NCBI RefSeq assembly: GCF_036971445.1
Contig: NC_091470.1
Location: 354,206,001 to 354,270,000 of the forward strand
DNA length: 64,000 nucleotides
Origin: Narcine bancroftii
Taxonomy: Eukaryota
Direction of reading: 5' to 3'
Below are positions 12,983-25,920 of this stretch, in pieces. The stretch's first letter is position 1; each line of letters begins with the position of its first letter. A program made the translations under genes and the position numbers. The notes under the pieces were generated by a model. It was not told the DNA's origin. It searched no databases and was given only the letters and a program-made list of their open reading frames with translations.

Positions 12983-14077
12983 TGTGACAGAGTATATAGA
13001 GGTGTTTGGTAGATAAATTAGAAAAGTTTTGTTAGAGCAGGTCACACACAAACACTTTAAAACACAGAATTTTTGCAGGTGCTTTTGCAAGAGGCTCAGA
13101 CTCATGATGAACTGTTATTTGCAAAAGGCAACAAATGTAACAACAGGCAGTAGCAGCTTTGTCTAGGAAAGAGAACTTGCTCTCTGGAAGGTCATGTGAT
13201 TTTTGCAGGCAGAAAGCAAAAAAAGCAGGGTTTGCTCTGGCTTTTTCAGGTGCATTCTATGCTAAGAATGCACCTGAAGAAGCAGAAGCGGCCCTTTAAA
13301 TTGCCATTCAGGTGGCAGCGTTTAAAGCGCAACGCTGGCCACTTGAAGGACACAGCTGCACAGGATGTGGCTCTGAGCACACTCGGCTCCTGCCCAGTGT
13401 CAGCTGTGATCAGCAGCCTGACCCTTTAACATCCACTTTCAGCCAGCTGCATTCAGGTGGCTGGGGGAGCCTCTGAGCTGAGCTAATTATCCCTCTCAGA
13501 GGAAGGTTACATAGCTCGCCTCAAGAGCGCCTCCTGCACATTCAGGTGGCCTCAAAACAGCCGCATATTGCCTAAACATGCGGCTTTACATGCAGGGCAA
13601 TTGGCCACCTGAAAGTGCCTAGGACAAGCTTTAGAAGACGGCTTGGTCAAAGGAGAGGACTGGCTGTCCGGTGTTTCCCTTGGAATAGGAGAAACAGAAA
13701 GGAACTCTGTGGTGACCTGAAACAAGAAAGACTCTCTCTCTGAAAACCAACAAGAACCCTCTGAGTGGTAACCATTTACCTGTTAAGCACCAAAACCTGG
13801 TGAACTTTATTAATTTTAACTTCTGTGCACAGTACAAGAATTACCTGCAACTGGTGAAATTGGACTGTGAACCAAAGAACTTTGCTGAACTTACATATAC
13901 ATTACACACACCTGCACTTAGAATTAGAAGAGGGTTAAGGGAGTCGATAGAGATAAGTTAAAGTTTGATTCTATTTTCATGTTCAAAGATAATTAAAAAC
14001 AACTTTTGTTGAAGTTACCCTTTGTCATGGTGCATATCTATTACTGCTGGGTTTTGGGGTCCTCTGGACTCATAACA
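12983..14077 (+). mobile_element. Solo LTR (~0.7 kb core) carrying a MITE insertion at ~13238-13621
   Basis: TGTGACAG...CATAACA termini; reverse-complement homolog at 53329-54293; sits in the tail of a Rex1 fragment. Confidence 0.75.
13238..13621. mobile_element. Harbinger-like MITE rich in CAGGTG/CACCTG motifs
   Basis: Absent from the homologous LTR at 53329; termini ggctttttcaggtg...cacctgaaagtgcc; related copies at ~29228-29520 and ~63638-63979. Confidence 0.6.
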
Positions 14078-14079
14078 AC

Positions 14080-14885
14080 CGCCTGATGGAACAGAGTACT
14101 CCAGTCCTCAGTGCAAAACATGCAGACACACAACTAGACATAACACACATACAGACAAACAGTACATATGCAGGACAAGTATTTCATCTATACAAATAAA
14201 TAAATATTGTTTCATGACTTATTAGAGTCTCGGATGCTAGTGTGAGCAGTTCCTTTGGTCGTTCAGCATCCTCACAGAGCGGGGGAAGAAGCTGTTTATC
14301 AGCCTCGTAGTCTGGCTTTGATACTCCTGTATCTTTCCTCTGACAGGAGCAGCCAAAAGATGGGTGCAGGGTGGAAGGGGTCCTAATGATTTTGCGCGCC
14401 CTCTTCAGACAACGATCCCAGTAGATCAAGTCGCTGGAGACTAGGGAGACTCCAGTGACTTGATCCCAGTAGATCAAGTCGCTGGAGATTAGGGAGCAAT
14501 CCTCCCTGCCACTTGACCTTCAATACATTTTTCCACAGTAAGCATACTACACTGTGATGGAGTCGGCCAGGACACTATCGATGAAACTCCTATTGAAGGA
14601 GGACACAATGGTGGCTGGTAGCCTTGCCCACTTCAGTCATCTCAGGAAGTGCTGCTGATTCTTCCAAAGTGAGGAGATGTTATGTCCACACTAGGTCACT
14701 AGTTCAGCGAACTCCAAGGAACTCCACTCCCTCTACTGTAGAGCCGTTAATAGTGTAGTGGAGGGTGGTCATTCCTGGTCCTCCCGAAGCAAACAAGCAT
14801 CTCCTTCGGCACGTCCACGTGGAGGCTCAGGTTTCATGAGATTTTCCACCTCCTCTCGACTCATCGTTGTTGCTGATGAGGCCTT
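14080..14885 (-). mobile_element. Rex1/Babar LINE 3' fragment with an internal 35-bp direct duplication (14414 and 14462)
   Basis: Minus strand DRCLKRARKII; duplicated gatcccagtagatcaagtcgctggaga(c/t)tagggag. Confidence 0.65.
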
Positions 14886-15534
14886 TTAAGATAGAATGGT
14901 TGAATACAGCAAAGATTATAGGGAAAAGGCCAGGCAGACGGGCTGAATAAGAAAATGGATTAGCTCATGATTGAATGGCAGGGCAGACTCAATGGACTGA
15001 TTAATTATTTTTGCTCCCGTCTTATTTATGACAGTCCACTAGTGAAACATAAAGGTCCTTTTGTTAAAATGTGATACTGAATACAGTATCTAATATGATT
15101 AAACAATGACCTTGAAGCTGTGGGGGTGAGGGAAAGACTTGCAATTGTATTGTAAACAATTTATCAACTCAGTTATGAAAAGCTTGACCTTATTTTAACT
15201 CTTTTATTTTTACTTATTCAAAGGATGCAGGTCTTGCTGACAAGGGCAGCATTTATTAATCATCCAAAATGCCACAGAGAAATGGTGGAAACTCATGTTG
15301 TACAAAACGTTGGTGAGGCCACACTTAGAATTCTTGCAGCTGCATTGCAGGAAGGAAGGCAATGCCAGTGTCTCTTCCAGGCCAACATCCCCAGCAGTGA
15401 GGTCCTAACTGCAATCAGCCCGCTCATTTGGCCAGGGGAACAAGTTACCAGATAGAGAAAGGGGAAAACTCACTGACCACCTCAGAATCCTTGGCCCTTT
15501 GATCACTGAATACTGGCAGAGAAACTCAGGACTA

Positions 15535-15881
15535 CAGGCAGTCCCCGGGTTAAAAACAAGTTCTGTTACCTAGTTTTGTCTTTAACTCGAAACAAGTATA
15601 TACGGCCTTTATTAGCGTCAGTTAGTCAAATGTTTATCTTAGTATATAGTATATATATTCTTTCTATGCACATAAAACACTTAAGAAACACTTCCAAATA
15701 GACTATGACGTCTTAAACAAGTTGGGCTCGGGCCGGAGTAGGGGCCTCGGGTTCCCGGCAGGTGATGCTGAATCAACCACGCTCGAACCGGAAGTTGACG
15801 ACATTCTACTTCTGGCCGGCTTGCAGATTCATAAGTACAAGTTGTTCATAAATAGGACATTTTTAACCCAGATGCTACCTC
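15535..15881. mobile_element. Tigger/MER2-like MITE
   Basis: TA|caggcagtccccgggtta ... taacccagatgctacctc|TA imperfect TIRs. Confidence 0.55.
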
Positions 15882-15889
15882 TATTGAAA

Positions 15890-16790
15890 TGTTGAGGCGA
15901 AGAGAAATTTGGGGTGCAAGTTCATCGCTCCCTGAAAGTGGCAACACAAGAGGACAGGGTAGAGAAGGCGGTATTTAGCTTGCTTGCTTTCATGTTGAGT
16001 ACAAGAACAAGGACATCATATTGCAAATGTACCAGACATTGCTTGGCCACACTCAAGACGACTGGGTGCAGTTCTGCTCACATTACAAAAGGTAGCAGTG
16101 GCAAGAGAAGAGGATGGAAAATGGCAGATGGAATTTACTGCAGGGAAGTGAGAGGTGTTGGAACTTTGTGAGGACAAATCAGAGGGAGGACTTGCACAGT
16201 AAACAGTTGGGCACCGTGGAATGCAGTAGAACAGAGAGAACTGGGAATGCAGGTACTTAATTCCTTGAAAGTGGCATCACAGGTAGATAAGATCATAAAG
16301 AAAACTTTTGGCTTATCGGCCTTCATGAATCAAAGTACTGAGTACAGAAGTTGGGTTGCTTTCTTCAGGTTGCACAAGATATTGGCAAGGCCAAACGTGA
16401 GGTACTCTGTGCAGTTTTGGAAACTTTCCTCCAGGAAAGGTAACAAGATGTTTGAAAGAGTGCAGAGAAGATTTATAATATGGGAAAGTTGGAATAGGTC
16501 AGGATGTTATTTCCTAATGAGGGGATATCTATTAAAGGTACACAAAATAATGAGGGATATAGATGGTGTAAATGCAAGCGTGAGGTGAGACAAGAACAAG
16601 AGGACATGGGTGGAGGGTTAAATGTTTAAGGGGAAATATTGGGGGTGACTTCTTCACTTCGAGAGTGGTATGTGGGATGAGCTGCCAGTGGAAGTGGTGG
16701 ATGCAGGTTCAATTTCAATATTAAAGAGAAATCTGACTAAATACACAGAAGAGAGGGGCACAGAGAGCTATGGTTCAGGTGCAGGTCAGA
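15890..16790 (+). mobile_element. CR1 LINE fragments (two adjacent pieces)
   Basis: QVHRSLKVATQEDRV; NSLKVASQVDKIIKK; ARPNVRYSVQFW. Confidence 0.75.
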
Positions 16791-17455
16791 CAACAGATTT
16801 AGTTTATTGTCAGAGTACATACATGGCATCACACACAACCTTGAGACTCTCTTCTTTGCCGGCAAGGCAGAATTACTACTTATTGATAGTGCAAAAAAAA
16901 GCAAATAAAGAATTGTAAATAGATAACAATGCAAACAAACTGACTCTGCAATACAGAGATTTTTTTTTAATCAATAAAATGCACAAATAAGAGTCCTTAA
17001 ATGAGTCCTTGATTGTGTGTTGTTGTTGAAGAGTCTGATGGTGGAGGGGGAGCAGATGTTCCTGAACCTGGTGGTGCAAGTGTTGTGGCACCAATACCTC
17101 TTTCCTGATGGCAGCAACAAGAACAGAGCATGTGTTAGGTGGTGTGGATCCTTGAATGACAGCAGTGTTCCCTGTAGAGTTTTGCCTGTGATGTCCCGGG
17201 CTGTGTCCAATACTTTTTGAAGGGCTTTACGCTCAGGTGATTTGGTGTTTCCATACCAGACTGTGATGCAGCCAGTCAGCACTTTCCACCACAGCCCTGT
17301 TGAAATTTGCCAGGGTTTTGGATGTCATACCAAACCTCCGCAAACTCCCAAGGTAGTAGAGGTGCTGACATGCTTTCTTCACAATGCCAATGGGGTCTAG
17401 GAAAGATCTCCGGGATAGTGACTCCCAAGAACTTAAATTTGTTCACCTTCTCTAC
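16790..17455 (-). mobile_element. Rex1/Babar LINE 3' fragment
   Basis: LTGCITVWYGN...KDPHHLTHALFLLLPSGKRY. Confidence 0.75.
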
Positions 17456-18031
17456 CTAACAAATGTGTCATTGGGAATAGGTGGAAAAAAAATATTGCTT
17501 TGCAGACTGGAGGGGCCATAGGGCCTGCACTATTCTCAGAGATTCCATAGAACATTGCTGGGAATGGAGGGCTGTAGTTACGAGGTTGATCGGAGAGGCT
17601 GGGATTGTTCCCATTGGAGCACAGGAGGCTGAAGGGGTGGATTTATCAAATTGTGATGGGAAGATAGAGAAAATAATCACATATTTTTTCCAAGGGCAGG
17701 GGAGTCTAAAACTAGATGGCAGTCTTGAAAGGTGGGTGGTGAGATGGAAATATTTAAAGTAGAAGTTTTCACATAAAAGGTGATGGGTCATGGAACAAGC
17801 TGAGAGGAAGTGTACAATTAGATTTTAAAAAGCACTTGTACAGGTACATGGATATGAAAGAAATAAAAGGATATGGGCAGGAAAATGGGATTCGTGGAGG
17901 TGGATACCTTGCTGGGATGGATGAGTCAGGTGGCTTTCATGCTGGAAGGCTCTGTCTTGTGTAAGGTAAAAACATCATGAGATGGGACCGGAGAAGGAGT
18001 CACCCAGTACTAAGGAGTAACAGAATGCAGA

Positions 18032-18324
18032 TGTGACCTTGTCCACTCAAGATAAGTGTGGCACTAACAAGAATGATGTGCAGCAGACTAACAGAGAAGG
18101 GTAGCAACAGTTTATTCATTGGACAATGTCATGGTATGATCATTTACTAAGTACGTATCCTGAGGTATAAAAAAAACACCACTTGCTGATAACGGCAGAA
18201 TGCGCCTTCTCCAACTAACACTGTTAGTTGCAAGTGTTACAATCGGTAATAAAGAACAAAGAACCTTGATTTCGACTCAGTCTGGTGTTTGACTCACTCA
18301 TTCATGAACAAAGCAGACCTAACA
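18032..18324 (+). mobile_element. LTR-like segment
   Basis: TGTGACC...TAACA with tataaaa and a downstream aataaa; no TSD found. Confidence 0.4.
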
Positions 18325-18970
18325 ATTGATAGTCACCATAGGTGGTGAAGGAAGATTTGGGACGGCATCAAGTACCTCAAGATCATGCATCAGCACAAAA
18401 ATTCCTAGATGAGCAACTGAAGAACCCTAGTACCCTATCGGTCACTTCCTGCCTTGTCTATGTAAGAATCTGCCATTCCCACACTGGCACCATCAATCCA
18501 CAAAACCAGCGTGGAATAAATCCTTAAGGGCCCATCTGAGAACATCATGCAGCAAGAGGAATAAAACGGATGGGATGCTGGTTGGCCCCCCAATGCACGC
18601 CAACCACCTGGTCACCACATTTTTGTTGAGACAGAGACGCGAGATGCTGGGAACAAAATACATCCTTGTAGGGACACAAGAGCTACACTATAGCAACTCA
18701 TGATCCAAGAACATGCCAAAGTGATCCACAGAAAAGGCAATGTGTTGTCCTGCCAGCATGGGGATCAAATTAATAAACTCCTCACACTCGAAAATAAAGC
18801 AGAGATTTTTATTTTATTTAACTTTTATCAAAGGGGTTTCTTTAATTCACTTTTAAGTTTTCATCCTGGAGAAGAATGCAACAATTTTCCTCAAACACAT
18901 CAATTCTAATTTGGAGGCCTGCCTACATTCCATCAGACCTTGAAGAAGGCCTCAAGCCCAAAACATTGGT

Positions 18971-21580
18971 TGTGGTCAACCACCGTATATGTATTTAACA
19001 GTCTGGGCATGCCCAATGGCCGAATGTACCTGTGGCTCATCCCACAGAATCCTAAATAAAGGAGACTGTTCCACAGCCCCCTCCCCAGTTCAGGACAGTT
19101 GACCAGCATGGATGTGCCTCTAATCAATTGTGAATGAAAGCCTGTCAGTTTGACGAAACTTACAGTCTTTTGGAGTTACTGATGGTGCATCAATTATATT
19201 CACAATAAATTTTGACATTGGAGCAGATCCTGAAGCCGGTGAAGTTGGATAATTGACCCACAATTGCCTGAAACCTCCAAGAACTTCAACCTCTGGCTGC
19301 GCTGCGTTGCTTCGAAGTGTTCCTGCAGGCATCATCTGCCATTGTCCGATCAGAGAACGACAAGCTGCAGGCACTACGCTCCTGGATTGGGCTCCTAGTA
19401 TACTTAATGATCAGGGTCACCACGGCATACCCAGAAGCAATGGACTTTCTGAAAAGCCAGTAAGTGAAGAAGATAAATGAGGTCTACGTGAGACACCTCC
19501 TGGCCACCCACAAACAGTGACTCAGGGAAACCAAAAACTGAGCCTTACAAACTCAGACGGATCTGCAATTGCAAGGCCATAATGGCCACAGAGAACAAGA
19601 AGGACCTGTTTCTTTCTTTTAATCGACTTAGGGAAAAATTTGGAATACCATTTAATTCTTTATTTGTGCATTATCGAGTTTGTGCTTTAGTTAGAGATGA
19701 TAATTTTGGAAGAGATATGAAGCTACCTGAATTAACAAAGTTTGAGTTTTTTTATTTCGCAAACACTAAAAAAGGTTTTATTTCTGATATATACGCTTTG
19801 TTACAAGATAGTATGAATAAACCAAATTTAAATAAATCTAGAAATAAATGGGAAGAAGTTTTATCTTATGATATACCTCAGGAGGATTGGGAGATTTTGT
19901 CAAGATGGGGTGACTTAACTTACTTAATGTAAGATATAGTTTAGTAAATTATAATTTTTTTTTACATCAACCGTATTTGACTCCTGAGAAATTGAAAAGA
20001 TATGGGTTTAATAATTCGGATTTATGTTTCAGATGTGGATCACAAACTGGAACATTTTTACATGTAGTTTGGCTTTGTGATAAAGTTCAAACTTTTTGGG
20101 GAAAAAAATAATATTTTTAAAAATTATTTAGAATTAAATGCTGCCATCTTGCAACCGAACACATGAACTCTCCATCAACAATTACTGACATCAACCCAAC
20201 ATTGGCCTACACCATGCTGGATCAAGGTAGTCCTCACCAACTCACCAGATCAATGATGGACGTCCCGGTAAACAGCCACATGATGAACTGTCTGTTCAAT
20301 AGTGGGTGCAAGGAGAACTTCATCCACCCGGACACAGTGCAGCACCACTATCTCAGTTAGGCACCACTATCTCGAAGTCCCATACACCTGATGTAGTAAC
20401 CCTATGGAGGTTATGGAGCACAGACTACAAAGACTTTAAACTTCTGATGTCACAGCTATGCACCGCTATGCTACTGGGATCAGACTTTCAATGCCACTTT
20501 AAAAGCATGATGAAGGAGTACGATTCCCCTCCGACCCCATTCACTGTCTGTATCCAGAAGTTCTTAAATCAACCACTGCGCTCCACCAGCAAAAAACCCC
20601 AGCTGTCCCCCCCTCCCTCTCCGTTTCCAGCCAGCAACCAGTAGATTGCTCAGCAGACTCTCGACCCTCAAGATCACCCTTCCACCACTGTTCGTTAACC
20701 TCACCCCTGAATGCAAACCCGCTGCCATCAAAAGTAGGCAGTACAGTGCTGGGGGCAAGGCCTTTATTAGGTTGGAGGTGCAACAGTTACTCAATGCGGG
20801 GATCATTGAAGCCAACAACAGCCCTTGGAGAGTCCAAGTGGTGGTGTGAGCAATGGGGAGAAAAACCAGGATGGTCATGGACTACAGTCAGACTATTAAT
20901 AGATATACACAGCTGGACATGTTCCCTCATCCCCAATATCTGATATGGTAAACCAAATTGCGCACCATTGGCTTTTCTCCACCATCGAGCTAAAGTCAGC
21001 ATACCAGCAGCTTCCCATCTGCCCGGAGTACCGCCAATATATTGGTTGAGGCAGATGGCTGCCGCTACCATTTCCTGAGGGTTCCCTTCCACGTCACCAA
21101 TGGGGTCTCAGTCTCCCAGTGGGAGATGGACCAAATGGTAGACCAGTATGAGCTGTAGGTCACATTCCCTTATCTTGATTTGTGACCATGACCTGCTGAA
21201 CCATAACACCAACCTCCAAAAATTCCTCCAGACTGCCAGACTCCTTAACCTCACATACAATAAGGCTAAATGCATATTTTGCATAACCCACCTTGCCATC
21301 TTTGGCGGCACCGTGGAGAACACAGCCATTGGCCCCAACCCCGATTGCATGCTCCTGCTTTTGGAACTCCCCCTTCCCCATAGCCTCAAAGCCCTGAAAA
21401 GGTGCCTGGGCTTCTTGTACTACATGCCCAGTGGGTCCCCAATTGTGCGGTCAAGGCCTGACCCCTTGTTAAATCCACCTCCTTTCCCTTGGTACCAGTT
21501 GCATCAAGGCAGACATTGGTACAGCTACGACGCACGCCATGGATGCAGGTGCAGAACGATGCGCCCGACTGCTCTGGCTG
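18971..21580 (+). mobile_element. Decayed Ty3/Gypsy element A: 5' LTR 18971-19192, gag, protease, RT; 3'-truncated
   Basis: TG...CA LTR; gag EQILKPVKLD; protease NCLFNSGCKENFI; RT NAGIIEANNSPWRVQVVV, DHDLLNHNTNLQKFL; interrupts a Penelope-derived repeat whose halves lie at 18935-18970 and ~21590-21630. Confidence 0.8.
19600..20140 (+). mobile_element. L1-clade ORF2 C-terminal fragment inside Gypsy A
   Basis: AT-rich; SFNRLREKFGIP, KWEEVLS, LCFRCG..GTFLHVVWLC (CCHC). Confidence 0.7.
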
Positions 21581-22779
21581 CCACACAAACACTTAAAGTA
21601 CACTGTTGACTTGCTGAGTTTCTCCAATTTTAGGTTTATAACTTCAACCACGGTATCTACAGAATTTTGTGTTTTACTTCCGTTTTTATTTCTAATTTTC
21701 AGTTCAGAGGCCCCAATCCAAGCAAATATTTCTAATCAAAGAGTCTTGGAGCAGAAACATCAACTCTGGTTCACTTTCCACAGTTGCTGTCAGACACATT
21801 GAATGATTCCAGCATTTTTTTATTTCAGATCTCCATATTGTTTGTCATTATTCTCATCAGCTCTTATGTATTGAGTTAATATGCATCCAGAATCCATGAC
21901 AATCCCTTTCAAATGGGATAAATTTCTCCTTCAGAAATATTAATCTCAAATGATACTGGGTGGTTTTAGTAACATCTGAAAAGGATTAAGCCAAACCACT
22001 GAACTGCCACTAAAAATGCTGTGAAGATTAAGAATGCCAACATGCGATAAGTGAATACAATATGGCATTAGAAATTATTGGCACGCGATGTATGGAGGCA
22101 CATGCATTTAGCAGCTGTTGAAATGACTGAAAATGACGAAGAAAAATTACTCACTGGGCAACATTTTTACTCAGTACCAAGACATACTTTTACAAAGAAC
22201 AAAGAGAAGAATTAAAATGCTGGTGAAAGTCCATGGATGCTGCTTCCCAGCCGGGTCATTCGTCATTTTCATACTGCATGAGCTAACCGTGGTTCGAAGA
22301 AAATGCCATGATGAGCGATTCAGCCACTGTCCTTTTAACGAGCACAGAGCTTTTGGGAGCATGTGTTCACAATGAGGCCGTGTTCGAAAATACATGATTA
22401 AAATAGTTATCACTGAACGCCACTGCTTTCAGCTTGGCCAAATTTCCATATGAATGGAATTGCAAATGAAGTCGTCCATCAATACTTCAGTGTTGAGACT
22501 ATTAATAGAGGCTCCAAATCAAGCACTACCAGTCAATAAACTCTTCCAAGAGAGAAATGTAGATCATTCTACTCCCTGAATAACTCACTATTACTTCAGT
22601 GTACCAATCCCCCCCGCCACCACCCACCAAGAATCCCAAGAATACTTTGAGCAATGGAGAAAAAAAATCTATCCTTCTCAGATTAATATAGTTCAATAAT
22701 CAAAAACTGATCACGTTGGTGAGAAAAAGGAGGCCTATACTTTTCAGCATCTTTTTACAGGAACAACGTCCTGATAAAC

Positions 22780-23780
22780 GAGTGGAAGAGTTCTGGGTTT
22801 AAACTGCTCTTCAGGTGAAAGGGTCCAAGACATATCTTTGGAAGGAAAGGTGAAGATCATGAGGGTTAGGGCAACTCCACACAAGGACAAAGGAGGGAAG
22901 TAACGCGAGAAGTCAGGCTAAGTGGGAGAAACCCTTCTTGTGTACTTTGCATAGGCATTTACCAAGAACATGGAAGATGCTGAGGTTATGGAGGAGTGTG
23001 TTAATATTCTAGGGCATGTTGATATTAAGAAGGTGAAAGTGTTAAACATCAAGGTGGAGAAGTTGCCAGGGCCTGATGGGACACTAAGGAAGGAGATTAC
23101 TGGGGCCTTCACAGAAATCTATGTATCTTCTTTGGCAATAGCTGAGATCCCAAAAGAATGAAGAATAACCAATGCTGTTGCTTGAGTTAAGAAGGGCAAT
23201 TAGGAAAAGCCAGAAAATTATATGCCAGTTAACCTTACATCAATGATGTTACCGGAGAAAATTCAGTGGCAATACGATTATCTCAGGATAAAAAAGCATG
23301 GATTTGTTTGGAATAGTCAGTGTGCTTTGCGTGGGGAGGAGGTCCTGTCACAAGTTTAATTGATCTTTTTCTGATGAAAAATGTTTCAAAAATATATGGG
23401 AGAATTTGTATAAAGTTGGACTTCTGCAAATTAGGTAATGTGTGACCCGGAACCACCTGTATACAAAGCTACAAGAGGCATAGAAAGTTATGTAGTCAGT
23501 CTCTCTCCCAACATTCCCCCCCACCCCCCCGCCAAGGTGAAAATCTCAAATGCTAAAGGGCACAGGGGAAAAGTTTAAATTAGTTAAGTGGGGTGAGTTT
23601 AAGTTTAAGAGAGTGGTACGTATCTGGCACTGCCAAGGGAGGAGGTAGAAGTAGATATGAAAGCAATGTCTAAAAGGCACTTTTTTGACAGACATGAATG
23701 AGCAGGAATAGAGGAATATAGACCATGGGATTGGCATCATGGACTGCATGGATATTGTGAGCTAAAGGGTTTGTTCCTGT
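22780..23780 (+). mobile_element. CR1 LINE fragments
   Basis: KVEKLPGPDG, EIYVSSLAIAEIPKE; CR1 3' UTR remnants. Confidence 0.65.
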
Positions 23781-24449
23781 GCTGCATTACTTTATGTTCA
23801 ATGAAGACAACTTTAGCCATAAGATTATAGAGCACCCTGATTTTTACTGGACAACATCTTCTAAACAGCATCTTCTAAATTCTTACACTTTTTTTGTGAA
23901 CTGATTTCTAAGCAAACATGAAAACAAAAGTCACGTCAGTTCTTGTTACAAGATGTGATTTGCAGTCAGGGCAGGAAGGGAAATGTAGTAATCACTCAAG
24001 ATACGGCAACCAGCAATTTTCCAGTAGTCTACAAATGGGAATCTCCAGCTGAAGGGATGAGAAGTAAATCTGATGCAGTTCCAATTCTTCACATCCCTTT
24101 GCATGCATTTCCATTCAATAAGGGTACCTAGTGTCTTCAAAATTAGTCAGACTTTCAGGGGAACATCTTCAGCCAGAAACTATAAGCAGTTTTAATTTAA
24201 TCCCCAAGTAATCTCGTTTCCAGGTGTAGGGTTGGATTAATGTTTTCAATAGCATTTTCTAAAGTACAAACGATAATGTTGCGCAGGACCCACAGGGAGT
24301 TTAATTTACATTATGTATGGTATTTACCCAGAGCTACATTTCTTTTTCAGAGCTTCATATTTTATTGCTGGATTAAATAGTATTTTGTGAGTGTTTATAA
24401 AATGGCAGTTTTCAATCAGGAGCTCCTGAGGAATTGCTTCTTTTAACTA

Positions 24450-24830
24450 ATGTCATCGTGAAGAAAGCACGTCAGTGCCTCTATTTCCTCAGGAGTTTGC
24501 AGAGGCTTTGAATGACATCAGGAACCTTGGCAAACTTCTACAGATGTGCAATGAAAGTGGGCTGACGGGCTACATCACGGCCTGGTATGGGGGCACAAAG
24601 GCAGTAGGTACACCCCACCTACCCCCCTCCCCCCCACCATCAAGAACATCTACATGGAACGTTGCTGTCAGAGAGCAGCAGCAATCAGAAAAGAATCCAC
24701 ACCACCCAGGACACGTTCTGTTCTCGCTGCTGCCATCATTAACGAGGTACAGTTACCACAGGATTTGTGCCTGCAGGTTCAGGAACAATTACGACCCCTC
24801 CACCATCAGACTCCTGAACAAACTCCTTTA
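24450..24830 (+). mobile_element. Rex1/Babar fragment
   Basis: LTGYITAWYGG...HHPGHVLFSLLPS...PSTIRLLN. Confidence 0.75.
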
Positions 24831-24954
24831 AGTATCCTGGGCTGTGCAAATCATTTTGTTGCAATGTACCCGCTTGTACAGATAGGGAATTAATACATAC
24901 ATTTGGTCTTACCTTATCCAAAAAGATTTGGAAGTGTCTAACAAAGGGAAGCAC

Positions 24955-25170
24955 TGTTGGCGTAGCGGTCAGTGCAATGCCTTTACAGCAGCAGTGATTG
25001 GAATCAGGGTTCGAATCCCGCACTTTCTGCAAGGAGTTCCTACGTTTTCCCTGGGGGCTCCAGTTTCCTCCCACTGTTCGAGACATACCAGGGGGTGTAG
25101 GTTAATTAGGTGTAATTGGGCAGTACGAACTCGTGGGCTGAAATGGCCTGTTACCATACTGTATGTCTAC
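24955..25170 (+). mobile_element. V-SINE-like tRNA-derived SINE
   Basis: A-box tggcgtagcgg, B-box ggttcgaatcc, central ggctccagtttcctcccac, CR1-like tail ggctgaaatggcctgtt. Confidence 0.75.
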
Positions 25171-25920
25171 ATTTTTTTTAAAGTTAAAACATTTTAAAAT
25201 GTTTAGACATTTACCCCATTAAAGTTAATGAGATTAATCATATCATAACAAGAGAAGATTAAAATATAAATTTAAGAACCTATTAGGGATTTATTTAAAG
25301 TACCGGTATATCAAATAAAGCAAGTTAGCTCCAGTTTGAATAAAATCAAAATAATTACCATTGAGTCATTAAAAGACTTCAATCATTAGATTCAATCAAA
25401 AGGAAATGGCATTTTAGCCAAAGGCACAAAAAAATTCTTGAGGACGGATCTTCATCACATATTTGACAAAAAAAACCCAGACTTTTCATGAATTCCAGGT
25501 GCTCCAATTTCTTCCCAACCTTTCAAAATGTACTGAGGTTGTAGGTCAATTGAGCAGCACGGGCTCATGTTACCATGATGCATGTCAAAATTTAAAACTC
25601 AAAAAGTTTCAACAAGTGAGAGAATTTGTTTAAAAATAATGCTCGATCGATTGAGCAGGTTAGTCAGCACCTGAAATTGTGTTGTCTGCCCTGAGAAATA
25701 GATGGCGAGTAATTGCAGCTTGGGCGTGGGGATTTATCTCTGTTAATATAGCTTGCCTGTTGGCCTGTTGAATGGGCAGTCAGTTTGTGACATGTTAAAT
25801 GAGTTGGCAAGGATCTGGCAAATGGGAGCTCAGGGAAGCCATGGATCGGAATGTGCCATTGCTTTGATTCACAAAAGACAGGTCTGAATTGTAGCAACAT
25901 GGAAAATAACAGACTGAAAA

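Noticed and set aside
24955-25030. Functional tRNA gene
   Set aside because: A/B boxes belong to a multi-copy SINE head with no complete cloverleaf; likewise 41798-41874 has disruptive insertions.
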